Shown piece after piece: positions 24,272 through 34,280 of a stretch of 64,000 nucleotides of DNA. Both the position numbers and the translations under genes were made by a program. The notes under the pieces are model-generated. The model was not told the origin of the DNA, did not search any database, and saw nothing but the letters and a program-made list of their open reading frames with translations. How positions within the stretch are numbered: the first letter of the stretch is position 1; each line of letters opens with the position of its first letter. This DNA is from Squalus acanthias (Eukaryota), in contig CM059433.1 in assembly GCA_030390025.1 (NCBI GenBank), positions 2,232,001 through 2,296,000 of the forward strand. The letters run 5' to 3'.

Positions 24272-27223
24272 TCATGTCCAAATTCCTGCCCGCTCCCCGT
24301 AACCCTTAATGCCCTTTACTTCTAGGAAACTGTCTATTTCTGTTTTAAATTTAATTAATGTTGTAGCTTCTACAGCTTTTTGTGGCAGCATATTCCATGG
24401 ACCTACCACCCTCTGAGTGAAGTAGTTCCTCCTCATCTCAGTTTTGAAAGAGCAGCCCCTTATTCTAAGACTATGTCCCCTAGTTCTCGTCTCACCCGTC
24501 ATCGGGAACATCCTCCCCGCATCCACCCGATCCAACCCCTTCACAATCTTATATGTTTCAATAAGATCGCCTCTCATTCTTCTGAACTCCAATGAGTAGA
24601 GTCCCAATCTACCCAACCTCTCCTCATATGACCACCCCCTCATCTCCGGGATTAACCGAGTGAACCTTTTTTGCACTGCCTCGAGAGCAAGGATGTCTTT
24701 CCTTAAGTAAGGACACCAAAACTGTATGCAGTATTCCAGGTGCGGTCTCACCAATACCTTGTACAACTGAAGCAATACCTCCCTATTTTTATATTCTATC
24801 CCCTTAGCAATGAAAGCCAACATTCCATTTGCCTTCTTAATCACTTGCTGCACCTGCATACTAACCTTTTGAGTTTCGTGCACCAGGACCCCCAGATCCC
24901 TTTGCACTTCAGTACTCTCCAGTTTCTTGCCATTAAGATAATAAATTGCTCTAGGATTTTTCCTGCCAAAGTGCATCACCTCACACTTTCCAGTGCTGTA
25001 TTCCATCTGCCAAATCTCTGCCCACTTACTTAGCCTGTCTATGTCCCCTTGCAGGTTTTTTATGTCCTCCTCACTCACTACTTTCCCTCCCATCTTTGTA
25101 TCATCTGCAAATTTTGATATGTTACACTTGGTCCCTTCCTCCAAATCGTTAATATAGATTGTGAAGAGTTGGGGACCCAGCACTGACCCCTGTGGAACAC
25201 CACTAGTTACTGATTGCCAGTCTGAGAATGAACCATTTATCCCAACTCTTTGCTTTCTGTTAGATAGCCAATCCTCTATCCATGCCAGAATATTACCCCC
25301 AATCCCGTGATTTTTTACCTTAAGCAATAATCTTTTGTGTGGCACCTTGTCAAATGCCTTTTGGAAGTCTAAATACACTACGTCCACTGGTTCCCCTTTA
25401 TCCACTCTATATGTTACTTCCTCAAAGAACTCCAGCAAATTTGTCAAACATGACTTCCCCTTCGTAAAACCATGCTGACTTTGTCCTATTAAATTATGAT
25501 TATCCAAATGTCTTGTTACTGTTTCCTTAATAATGGACTCCAAAATTTTACCTACCACAGATGTTAGGCTAACCGGTCTATAGTTACCAGCCTTCTGTCT
25601 ACTGCCCTTTTTAAATAAGGGTGTTACATTAGCAGTTTTCCAGTCTGCCGGGACCTTAGCGGAATCCAGGGAGTTTTGAAAAATTATTACCAATGCATCT
25701 ACAATCCCTACCGCCACTTCCTTCAAGACTCTAGGATGTAAGCCATCAGGTCCAGGTGATTTATCCGCCTTGAGTCCCATTATTTTACCGAGTACCACTT
25801 CCTTAGTGATTTTGATCGTGTTTAGCTCCTCTCCCCCTATAGCCCCCTGTTTGTCCAGTGTTGGGATATTCTTAGTGTCCTCTACTGTAAAGACTGATAC
25901 AAAATATTCATTTAGTGTTTTTGCCATCTCCATATTTCCCACCATTAATTTCCCGGTCTCATCCTCTAAGGGACCAACATTTACTTTAGCCACCCTTTTT
26001 CTTTTTATATAACTATAAAAACTCTTACTATCTGTTTTTATATTTTTTGCTAATTTACTTTCATAATCTATCTTCCCTTTCTTAATCAATCTTTTTGTTA
26101 TTTTTTGCTGCCTTTTAAAGTTTTCCCAATCCTCTGTCCTCCCACTAGATTTCGCTACCTTATATGCCCTTGTTTTTAGTCGAATACTATCCTTAATTTC
26201 TTTACTTAGCCACGGATGACTGTCCTTTCTTTTACACCCTTTTCTTTTCAGTGGAATATATTTTTTTTGGAAGTTGTAAAATAACTCCTTGAATGTACAC
26301 CACTGATCATGTGTCGTCTTACCCTTTAATCTATTTTCCCAATCCACTCTACTCAATTCCGCTCGCATACCTTCATAGTCTCCTTTATTCAAGCTTAGCA
26401 CGCTTGTTTGAGATCCAACCTTCTCACCCTCTAATTGAATATGGAATTCAACCATGTTATGGTCACTCATTCCAAGGGGATCCTTTACTAGGACATTTTT
26501 AATTAATCCTGTCTCGTTACACAGGACCAGATCTAAGGTTGCTTGCCCCCTGGTCGGTTCAGTTACATACTGCTCAAGAAACCCATCCCTAATACACTCA
26601 ATGAACTCATCCTCAAGGCAGCCCTGCCCCATTTGATTTGTCCAATTAATATGATAGTTAAAATCCCCCATAATTATAGATGTTCCCTTATTACATGCCT
26701 CAACTATTTCCTGATTGATACTCCGTCCAATAGAGTTGCAACTGTTCGGAGGCCTATAGACTACGCCCACTAATGTTTTTTTCCCCTTATTATTCCTTAT
26801 CTCCACCCAAACTGTTTCATTATCATGATTTTTTGACCCAATATCATTACTCTGTATTACAGTGATTCCTTCCTTTATTAACATAGCCACCCCACCTCCC
26901 CTTCCTTCCTGCCTGTCCTTCCTGATCGTTAAATAACCTGGTATGTTTAATTCCCAGGCATTGTCACCCTGCAGCCATGTTTCTGTAATGGCCACAATAT
27001 CATAACCATATGTAGTTATTTGTGCCATTAACTCGTCTATTTTGTTACGAATGCTACGTGCATTCAGATAGAGAACTTTCAAATATGCTTTGTGGCACTT
27101 AGTTCCTGCTTTTTCACTTTTTACCAGTTTACCTTTTACTCCACACACTCTGTCCCTTCCTGCCACGCTCTGATTTGTGATTCCCCTACTGCTACCTATG
27201 TCTATGACCCTCTCTGTTGTCAT
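24272..27223 (-). CDS. CR1 ORF2: AP endonuclease + reverse transcriptase (983 aa)
   Basis: [68 protein letters not shown]. No internal stop. Confidence 0.95.
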   Translation of the reverse strand: MTTERVIDIGSSRGITNQSVAGRDRVCGVKGKLVKSEKAGTKCHKAYLKVLYLNARSIRNKIDELMAQITTYGYDIVAITETWLQGDNAWELNIPGYLTIRKDRQEGRGGGVAMLIKEGITVIQSNDIGSKNHDNETVWVEIRNNKGKKTLVGVVYRPPNSCNSIGRSINQEIVEACNKGTSIIMGDFNYHINWTNQMGQGCLEDEFIECIRDGFLEQYVTEPTRGQATLDLVLCNETGLIKNVLVKDPLGMSDHNMVEFHIQLEGEKVGSQTSVLSLNKGDYEGMRAELSRVDWENRLKGKTTHDQWCTFKELFYNFQKKYIPLKRKGCKRKDSHPWLSKEIKDSIRLKTRAYKVAKSSGRTEDWENFKRQQKITKRLIKKGKIDYESKLAKNIKTDSKSFYSYIKRKRVAKVNVGPLEDETGKLMVGNMEMAKTLNEYFVSVFTVEDTKNIPTLDKQGAIGGEELNTIKITKEVVLGKIMGLKADKSPGPDGLHPRVLKEVAVGIVDALVIIFQNSLDSAKVPADWKTANVTPLFKKGSRQKAGNYRPVSLTSVVGKILESIIKETVTRHLDNHNLIGQSQHGFTKGKSCLTNLLEFFEEVTYRVDKGEPVDVVYLDFQKAFDKVPHKRLLLKVKNHGIGGNILAWIEDWLSNRKQRVGINGSFSDWQSVTSGVPQGSVLGPQLFTIYINDLEEGTKCNISKFADDTKMGGKVVSEEDIKNLQGDIDRLSKWAEIWQMEYSTGKCEVMHFGRKNPRAIYYLNGKKLESTEVQRDLGVLVHETQKVSMQVQQVIKKANGMLAFIAKGIEYKNREVLLQLYKVLVRPHLEYCIQFWCPYLRKDILALEAVQKRFTRLIPEMRGWSYEERLGRLGLYSLEFRRMRGDLIETYKIVKGLDRVDAGRMFPMTGETRTRGHSLRIRGCSFKTEMRRNYFTQRVVGPWNMLPQKAVEATTLIKFKTEIDSFLEVKGIKGYGERAGIWT

Positions 27224-27261
27224 TTTTATTTTTTGCTCTCTTGAAACCTCCCCCCCACTAA

Positions 27262-28218
27262 TTAGTTTAAAGCCCTCTCCACAGCCCTAGTTATTCGATT
27301 CGCCAGGACACTAGTCCCAGCACTGGCCAAGTGAAGTCCGTCCCAACGGAACAGCTCTCTCCTGCCCCAGTACTGGTGCCAGTGTCCCAAGAAGCAAAAC
27401 CCATTTTTCCCACACCAGTCTTTGAGCCACGCATTCAACTCCCTGATTTTATTTACCCTAGCCAAATTTGCTCGTGGCTCAGGTAGTAATCCAGAGATTA
27501 TTACCCTCGAGGTTCTGCTTTTTAATTTGGCCCCTAGCTGCTCAAACTCCCTCAGCAGAACCTCTTTCCTTGTCCTATCTATGTCATTGGTACCAACATG
27601 GACCACTACAACTGGATCCTCCCCCTCCCACTCCAAGTTTCTCTCCAGCCCAGAGGAGATGTCCTTAACCCTGGCACCGGGCAGGCAACACAGCCTTCGG
27701 GACTCTCGCTCTTGGCTGCAAAGAACCCTATCTATCCCCCTAATGATACTATCCCCTACCACTACAACATTTCTTTTTACTCCCCCCACTTGAATGGCCC
27801 CCCTTACCACGGTGCTGTGGCCAGGTTGCTCATCCTCCCTGCAGTCCCCGCTCCTATCCACACAGGGAGTAAGAGCCTCGAACCTGTTGGACAAGAGCAA
27901 GGGCTGCGGCTCCTCCAACACTACCTCCTGGATCCCTGTACCTGCCTCACTCGTAGTCACACCTTCCTGTCCCTGACCACGGGCTACTTCTGAATTAGTT
28001 ACTCTAATTGGTGTGACTACCTCCTGAAACACGGAGTCCAGGTAACTCTCCCCCTCCCTGATGTGTCGCAGTGTTTGAAGCTCGGACTCCAGCTCATCAA
28101 CACGGAGCCGGAGTTCCTCGAGCAGCCAACACTTACTGCAAATGTGTTCACCGTGAACATCAATGGTGTCCACCAGCTCCCACATATTGCAGCAGTAACA
28201 CATCACCTGCTCTCCCAT
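27262..28218 (-). CDS. CR1 ORF1: zinc-finger/leucine-zipper + SGNH/GDSL esterase (318 aa)
   Basis: CxxC...CxxC, heptad LEELRLRVDELESELQTL, and VGDS, LPGA, HVGTND, DGLH blocks. Confidence 0.93.
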   Translation of the reverse strand: MGEQVMCYCCNMWELVDTIDVHGEHICSKCWLLEELRLRVDELESELQTLRHIREGESYLDSVFQEVVTPIRVTNSEVARGQGQEGVTTSEAGTGIQEVVLEEPQPLLLSNRFEALTPCVDRSGDCREDEQPGHSTVVRGAIQVGGVKRNVVVVGDSIIRGIDRVLCSQERESRRLCCLPGARVKDISSGLERNLEWEGEDPVVVVHVGTNDIDRTRKEVLLREFEQLGAKLKSRTSRVIISGLLPEPRANLARVNKIRELNAWLKDWCGKNGFCFLGHWHQYWGRRELFRWDGLHLASAGTSVLANRITRAVERALN

Positions 28219-29944
28219 TCTATGTAATTAATTAAAAATGTATTATTTACTGTTCAGTTAATTTATGCCAGCAGTCTCTGCTACATCACAGCTACCTACA
28301 GAAACCTACCAAGCTATTTCACCCCAAAGTAAATTAATTAGTAGCAAGTATATATATTTGGAACATGACTTTTTCTATATAAACCAAATACTTTCAGATT
28401 TATTATTTTAATCCTTGAGCACATCAATGAGTTTCACCACTCTTAATAGCTCTCTCCTGTGATACACTTTGTCTCTATCTTTACGCTCCACTTCCTTTCC
28501 AACTGTTCTGATTGCTGACCATGAAACCTACTTTCAACTTGCAACGAATCAAAGATAGTAACTGCTCCGTGCTTATCCAGCAGTACTTATGAATCAACAG
28601 GCTGAGTTACATTATGAGAGCTCTTCAAAATGAAGGAACCAAATCAACAATGTGAATATTCTGCTCAGACTGTTTGCAATTTCTAGATGCAGCGAAAGGT
28701 GTTCAGTTTTCAATAATGACCATCTTACCCCCTTTCCTATAAATTTAAAAAGCATCCTGAAATATGCATTGAGAGAGATTGTGTACCCATTTACTAGACT
28801 TCTAGGGAAAGGGTCAGTAATTGCATTTGGTGCTATGAGTTACAATTTATATTTTCCTCATTTCACTAATGTTAGTGGTAAAAGCAAGTGAGAGTACAAA
28901 ACTGGAAATCCTTTATACATTAGCAAATGGAGGGAAACTTATATTTTACTTTATGCTCAAAATTGTAAAAGCCAGTCAATGGTGGATACTATGTACTAGA
29001 ACATGATTTAAGCCTATTATGAGAGCAATGACCCTAATACATTCAGTAAAAAGTCTCCTGATATGACTGCTTCTGAAACAAGCATGCTGGCATGAGATAT
29101 TCCAGCTGTTTACTTCTGCCAGCATGAGATAATATTCACCACCAATTCTGTCTCGGGGGTCATTAGCTTCATCTGTGGAAAGTGCCTTTCGAACATCTGG
29201 GAATAAAGTACTTTTGGACACCATTACAGTAATTACCATGTAGGTGCTGTGCATATTTAACTTCATACACATGAATGACAATATTACACTATTATACTCG
29301 CATATTAATAAATCATACCTCATTAGTATTCTTTCCTCAATAATGTTTTGTAATAATTACTTAGCGTTATCACGGTTTTTAGATTTTTAGAATTTTCTTT
29401 TCTCTTTATACCTTTTAAGCAGTCATTCTCCTTTATTGACATTGCATAGCTCTTTCTGAAAGAAAATTTAATTTCTGCTTGAACCAATTTCTTTGGCATT
29501 TAAAAATTGTTTAATCAGCATCACTGCATGGCCCCAAAATGTAAAAATAAATGCAAATCTTTCGTTCTCTACCTAATCTTGTCCGAAGCCAACAGCTGCA
29601 GGGCAGATTACATTCCTCTTTTTAAAAGAAAATGTTAAAATTTAATTGGAATTTTGGAACATGCAATCTCTAAGCGAGCGCCTGCTGTCCAGCATCCCAG
29701 CAGTTTTTACTAAAAGTTTGTCAGTTGTACAAATGAACGCTGTGTATATATTTCATCAAATTTACAACTAAACAAAATGCTGTCCTCTGTTTGAAAGAAT
29801 TCGTTTTTCCAGAAGGCTAGAAATGCAAACATTGCTTTGTAAATGTATCCCACTCTGTTATAGACGTTCCCTGTAACTTTTCCCCAAGATTATGCATGTA
29901 TTTATAAGCCTAAAATGCAGGCACACACTTTATAAAATATAAAA

Positions 29945-30392
29945 AGAAAGACCTGCATTTCTATAGCGCCTTTCACAACCACCAGATGTCCCAAAGCGCT
30001 TTACAGCCAATGAAGTACTTCTTGGAGTGTAGTCACTGTTGTAATGTGGGAAACGCAGCAGGCAATTTGCGCACAGCAAGCCCCCACAAACCACAATGTG
30101 ATAATGACCAGGTACCTGTTTTTTTAGTGATGAATATTGGCCCCAGGACACCAGGTATAACTCCCCTGCTCTTCTCCAAAATAGTGGGATCTTTTACTTC
30201 CACCTGAGAGCGTAGATCAGGCTTTGGTTTAACGTTGCATCTGAAAGACAGCACCTCCGATGGTGCAGCTTTCACTCGGTACTGCACGGGAGTGTCAGCC
30301 TAGGTTTTTGAGTTCAAGTCTTTCGAGTGGGACTTGAACCCACAACCTTCTGACTCAGAGGCGAGGGTGCTACCCACTGAGCCACAGCTGAC
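29945..30392 (-). mobile_element. Full-length Deu-domain tRNA SINE (SacSINE1-like)
   Basis: Minus-strand head TGGCTCAGTGG (A box), GGTTCAAGTCCC (B box), Deu-like body, and L2-like tail AAAGGCGCTATAGAAATGCAGG. Confidence 0.85.
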
Positions 30393-30587
30393 ACTGCATA
30401 GGTTTATAAGGCATTAAGAGCTGCACTACTATAGCCATTTGCATTAAATCAAGCGGAATAAAACCACTCTTGTTTGTCCTAATCATAAGGGTTTATCTAC
30501 ATTTTCCAGTATTTTCACAATGGAATACAATATTGTATTCAAAACTACAATTAGTATAATCTTCTTCTGCTTTCTGAGCTAATGTAT

Positions 30588-31013
30588 GGTACGGTAGCAA
30601 AGTGGTTATGTTACTGGACCAGAGATCCGGAGATGTGAGTTCAAATCCCACCACCGGCAGCTGAGGAATTTAAATTCAGTTAATTAAATAAATCTGGAAT
30701 AAAAAAGGTAGTATCAGTAATGGTGACCGGATTGTTCCCTCATGTCCTTTAGAGAAGGAAATCTGCCGTCCTTACACGGTCTGGCCTATATGTGAATCCA
30801 GACCCACAACAATGTTGTTGCCTCTTAACTGCCCTCTGAAATGGCCAAGCGAGACACTCAGTACCAAACCGCTACAAAGGAGCACCTTCACCACACAGAC
30901 TGCAGCGGTTCAAGAAGACGACTTACCACCACCTTCTCCAGGGCAATTAGGGATGGGCAATAAATGCTGGCCTTGCCAGCGATGCCCACATCCCCATAAA
31001 CAATTTTTTTTTT
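30588..31013 (+). mobile_element. tRNA-headed SINE whose body matches both the 5' and 3' ends of the LINE at 48686-53650
   Basis: A box TAGCAAAGTGG and B box GTTCAAATCC. 30742-30862 matches 53519-53634 reverse complement. 30885-31000 matches the LINE 3' end. Confidence 0.85.
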
Positions 31014-31059
31014 CATGATCTGCTCAGCATGAGTAACCGGGCAACACAGTGTGTTGGAT

Positions 31060-31420
31060 CACTGTATCGCCTCTGGGACCAGTGTACACCCAGCTGAGGC
31101 GAATGTGATTCGAGTCCATTCTCTAATGAGCGTTAAGTAATTTAGTGACACCTCACAGTCCAGTCCACAGCAATGGTTCAAACTAGCCTTATTGAGAACC
31201 ATTACTATCTGGAAATCTAATTTAGAGAGGTTGTAAAAATAGTCGCTTTGAGACATGGAATATGTTTACTGCAGCAGTGTAATTTCCAGCAGAAGTCGCT
31301 CAGGAGTAGGAACCTTGATTAAGTTTTTTGCTCTCCCTGTTCCAGGGATGCTGAGGCCAATTGCAGAGCCCTTGGTCTGTAAATAAGACCAAGGATTGAA
31401 ACTGGCACCTTGCAGAGCTG
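31060..31420 (-). mobile_element. Ancient SINE remnant, AmnSINE2-like
   Basis: Minus strand CAATTGGCCTCAGCATCCCTGG...GGTTCCTACTCCTGA...CTGCTGGAAA resembles the AmnSINE2 core as recalled from memory. Confidence 0.4.
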
Positions 31421-32336
31421 TACGACTCAATTCCATACCTGGTATTGACTTTCTTAACTAAGCAACGGGGGGAATAATAAGGATAATAATAATAATGACA
31501 AGAGCCCGTTGTCAAGGTATGTAAAGGGAAAAGCTGCATTGGTAGGAGACCCATGCTATGATATAAAAGTGCTTGCTGCAATAGAAAACAAAATCCCATT
31601 TCACAGCAGTCATCCCTCACCTCTAAACATAGTTACACGAGCAAATGGAAATGTTCCAGATGTGCTGAGCTACCACTGATGTAGTGTATTATTCTGGGAA
31701 ATCTATGTTTCATGTGTAGATTCTGCCAATATTTCCCACATGGGGGATGTTTTTCTTTTTCAGCAGTTGATTCACGATGACAACACATTGCGGTTGTGGT
31801 GCACGTATTAGCAACGAGTACAATGCTAAAGAAAGGGTCGTGCAGGAGGATGGGTGGAGACGGAGACTGTAACAGTTTAGGTGCCTGATATTTGCGTCAT
31901 ACGGTCCTTTCATTACAGCATTCTCTCTGATGGCAAAGAAGCAGGTGTCTGTCCTTCTATGTGTCATTTTAGCAAGGCTGTAATTCTGATTTTATACAGT
32001 ATCCATTAAAAGGGACTTCTAAGTCCCTGGTAGAACTGCCATTTATTTTTTTCTGTGAGTTAGTTCCAAGGACCCTGATTAATGTTTTCCAAGAAAAAAG
32101 ATTAGAATTGTCCCAAAGATCTGGTAACATTCCCAGAATTTGAATTATTCAGTCAGTATAAGTCAATGAGCCGAATTATAAACAGCTGAAACTGTGCAAT
32201 ACATTCCCCCAAATATCAGTAAGAACCCCAAGAGCCTTTGTAATAAAACAGAATTTGACGTATTCAGCCACTAAATCAGTGGCCCTAGTTATTTCTAATA
32301 ATGTTTTTCAAAACTAGGTACTTTGAAAGTTTCAGC

Positions 32337-33394
32337 GGCCTCGATATTAACCCCCCCACAATGGGCGGGAGAGGATGGCTGGGTGGCGATCGAAGTAAAA
32401 TACACGGAATGCGACCCCAAACCGCCACGCACGCACCAGCCGCCTTTACAATAGTGGCGGATATCGAGGCATCCGAGTGTCCCACTGTGGGGAAGCGGGA
32501 CGCTCAATTAGCACATTTAAATTGGACTCCCATGGTACAACTGGGAGCCCAATTTGAAATTTACTGCTGTTGCGTGGGTTTCCCAGGGGGTTTGGAAACT
32601 TGGCAGTGAAAGGCCTCTTTCAGCACTCCTTGTGGGCCACGAGGAGCAGGTGTGCTCCCCCCAGGCCCCCCAAGGAAACCTTTGGCCTCCTCCAACCCCG
32701 ATCGCCGGATTCTCCCCAACCCCGATCGCAGGCCTCTCCCGATCACCGGACTCTCCCCTCTCCCGATCACCGGACTCTCCCCTCTCCCGATCACCAGACT
32801 CTCCCCTCTCCCGATCACCAGACTCTCCCCTCCTCCCGATCACCGGACTCTCCCCCCTCCCGATCACCGGACTCTCCCCCCTCCCGATCACCAGACTCTC
32901 CCCTCTCCTGATCTCAGATCTCTCCGCTCTCCTGATCTCAGATCTCTCCCCTCTCCCGATCACTGGACTCTCCCCTCTCCTGATCTCAGATCGCTCCCCT
33001 CTCCTGATCTCAGATCTCTCCCCTCTCCTGATCTCAGATCTCTCCCCTCTCCTGATCTCAGATCTCTCCCCTCTCCTGATCTCAGATCTCTCCCCTCCTC
33101 CCGATAGCAGGCCTCCCCCCCCACCTCCAGATCGCTGGCCTATTCCCCCCTCTCGATCACTGGGGACCGTCCCTAAGGGCCCCCGGCTGCAGCCTCATGC
33201 TGCTGATGGTCCCTCCAGTCTGCTGGCTAGGCTGTCCATTTGGCCGGCTGGCGAGTGGGAGGCAGACCTGCAAAATGTTAATGCGGTCCTACCGTTAAGA
33301 TCGGCAGGACCTCCACGTCCCCGTCCTTGCCTTGTTCTTCGGACATTTTCGGCCTCATCCGCATCCTCCCCACCTCCCCGTAAATATCAGGACC
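32337..33394. mobile_element. Harbinger-type MITE with internal 26-27 bp tandem expansion (32690-33110)
   Basis: Imperfect TIR GGCCTCGATATTAAC / GGTCCTGATATTTAC. Flanks AGC and AGT. Confidence 0.65.
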
Positions 33395-33544
33395 AGTATC
33401 TCCAGATAGAATGTGCCATTGTGTCTCTCAATAAGCTATCTGGTGGATCTGAAAAACACTGACTTCTAATTGTGGTTTTATTTTATAAATTTGCAAGGAG
33501 CTGGTGAAACGGCTGCTTCCCTCAAAGGGTAAATAAATATTCAT

Positions 33545-34280
33545 TTCATAAGAACAAAAGAGAATATGAAATGAGGACAGGAGAGACAGCCCATTTAGCC
33601 CGTTCTTTTCACAGGCTATGTACCAAGCTGCCCCATCAGGGACTCTCCAAAATCAATTTCATTTCCTGAGGAAAGATTCTGCAAAATTCCTCCTGCCCAC
33701 CTCCCAAATAAGTTGAATAAAACTCCAGAATATCTATTTACCATAACAAGCTATATTAGTCATCCCTTATCCGGCAGTCTACCCCACACATTCAGTACAT
33801 TGCGAGAAAAACAATACAATTCTAATCTCAAGCCTTGTTTGAGGCTCATTTAACTTTACTCTTATGTCCTCTATGTTTACGCCCACAATCTAAGTTAAAT
33901 AACCTGATTGGATCTATATTATCCATTTTTCGTGGCACTTTAGAAATGCGTACCCTATCTCTCTCAATCTGCCTTTCTTCTATGAAAAGAATGTCATCAC
34001 TGTGAGTCCGTCTCAGAGCAGAAAGCCCTAAGTCCAAGAATTATCCTTATCATTCCACTCTGAAACCTCGCCAATGCATTAATATCCCTTTGAAAGCAGG
34101 GTGACCAAAACTGGTCACGGTATTCCAAATCTAGCCCACGTTAGTACCAGCCCACACAAAGTAGGATCCGTTCACTGGGGCCATGTTTTGAGCTATTGTT
34201 CTTGCCCAGGTGCCCGTGACCACAAACAATCTATTGCTTCAATGCATGACTTCTGTGACCAGTGGGCAGTGCATGAAATC
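33545..34280 (-). mobile_element. Old CR1 3' fragment
   Basis: Decayed RGHKxK and VQFWSP-like remnants. Confidence 0.6.

Larger units (their letters stand above)
24030..28250 (-). mobile_element. Near full-length CR1 LINE with both ORFs uninterrupted
   Basis: ORF1 and ORF2 are open and separated by 38 nt. (CTTATGTT)3 tail at ~24031-24055. 5' UTR boundary and TSD not identified. Confidence 0.93.

Noticed and set aside
28976..29323. 115 aa minus-strand ORF
   Set aside because: No recognisable family and atypical composition; more likely non-coding.
29945..30650. tRNA genes
   Set aside because: The A/B boxes belong to SINE heads; no complete cloverleaf is evident.
31750..31885. Possible exon after a TTTTCTTTTTCAG acceptor
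   Set aside because: The frames I translated terminate quickly and give no recognisable peptide; a lncRNA exon cannot be excluded.
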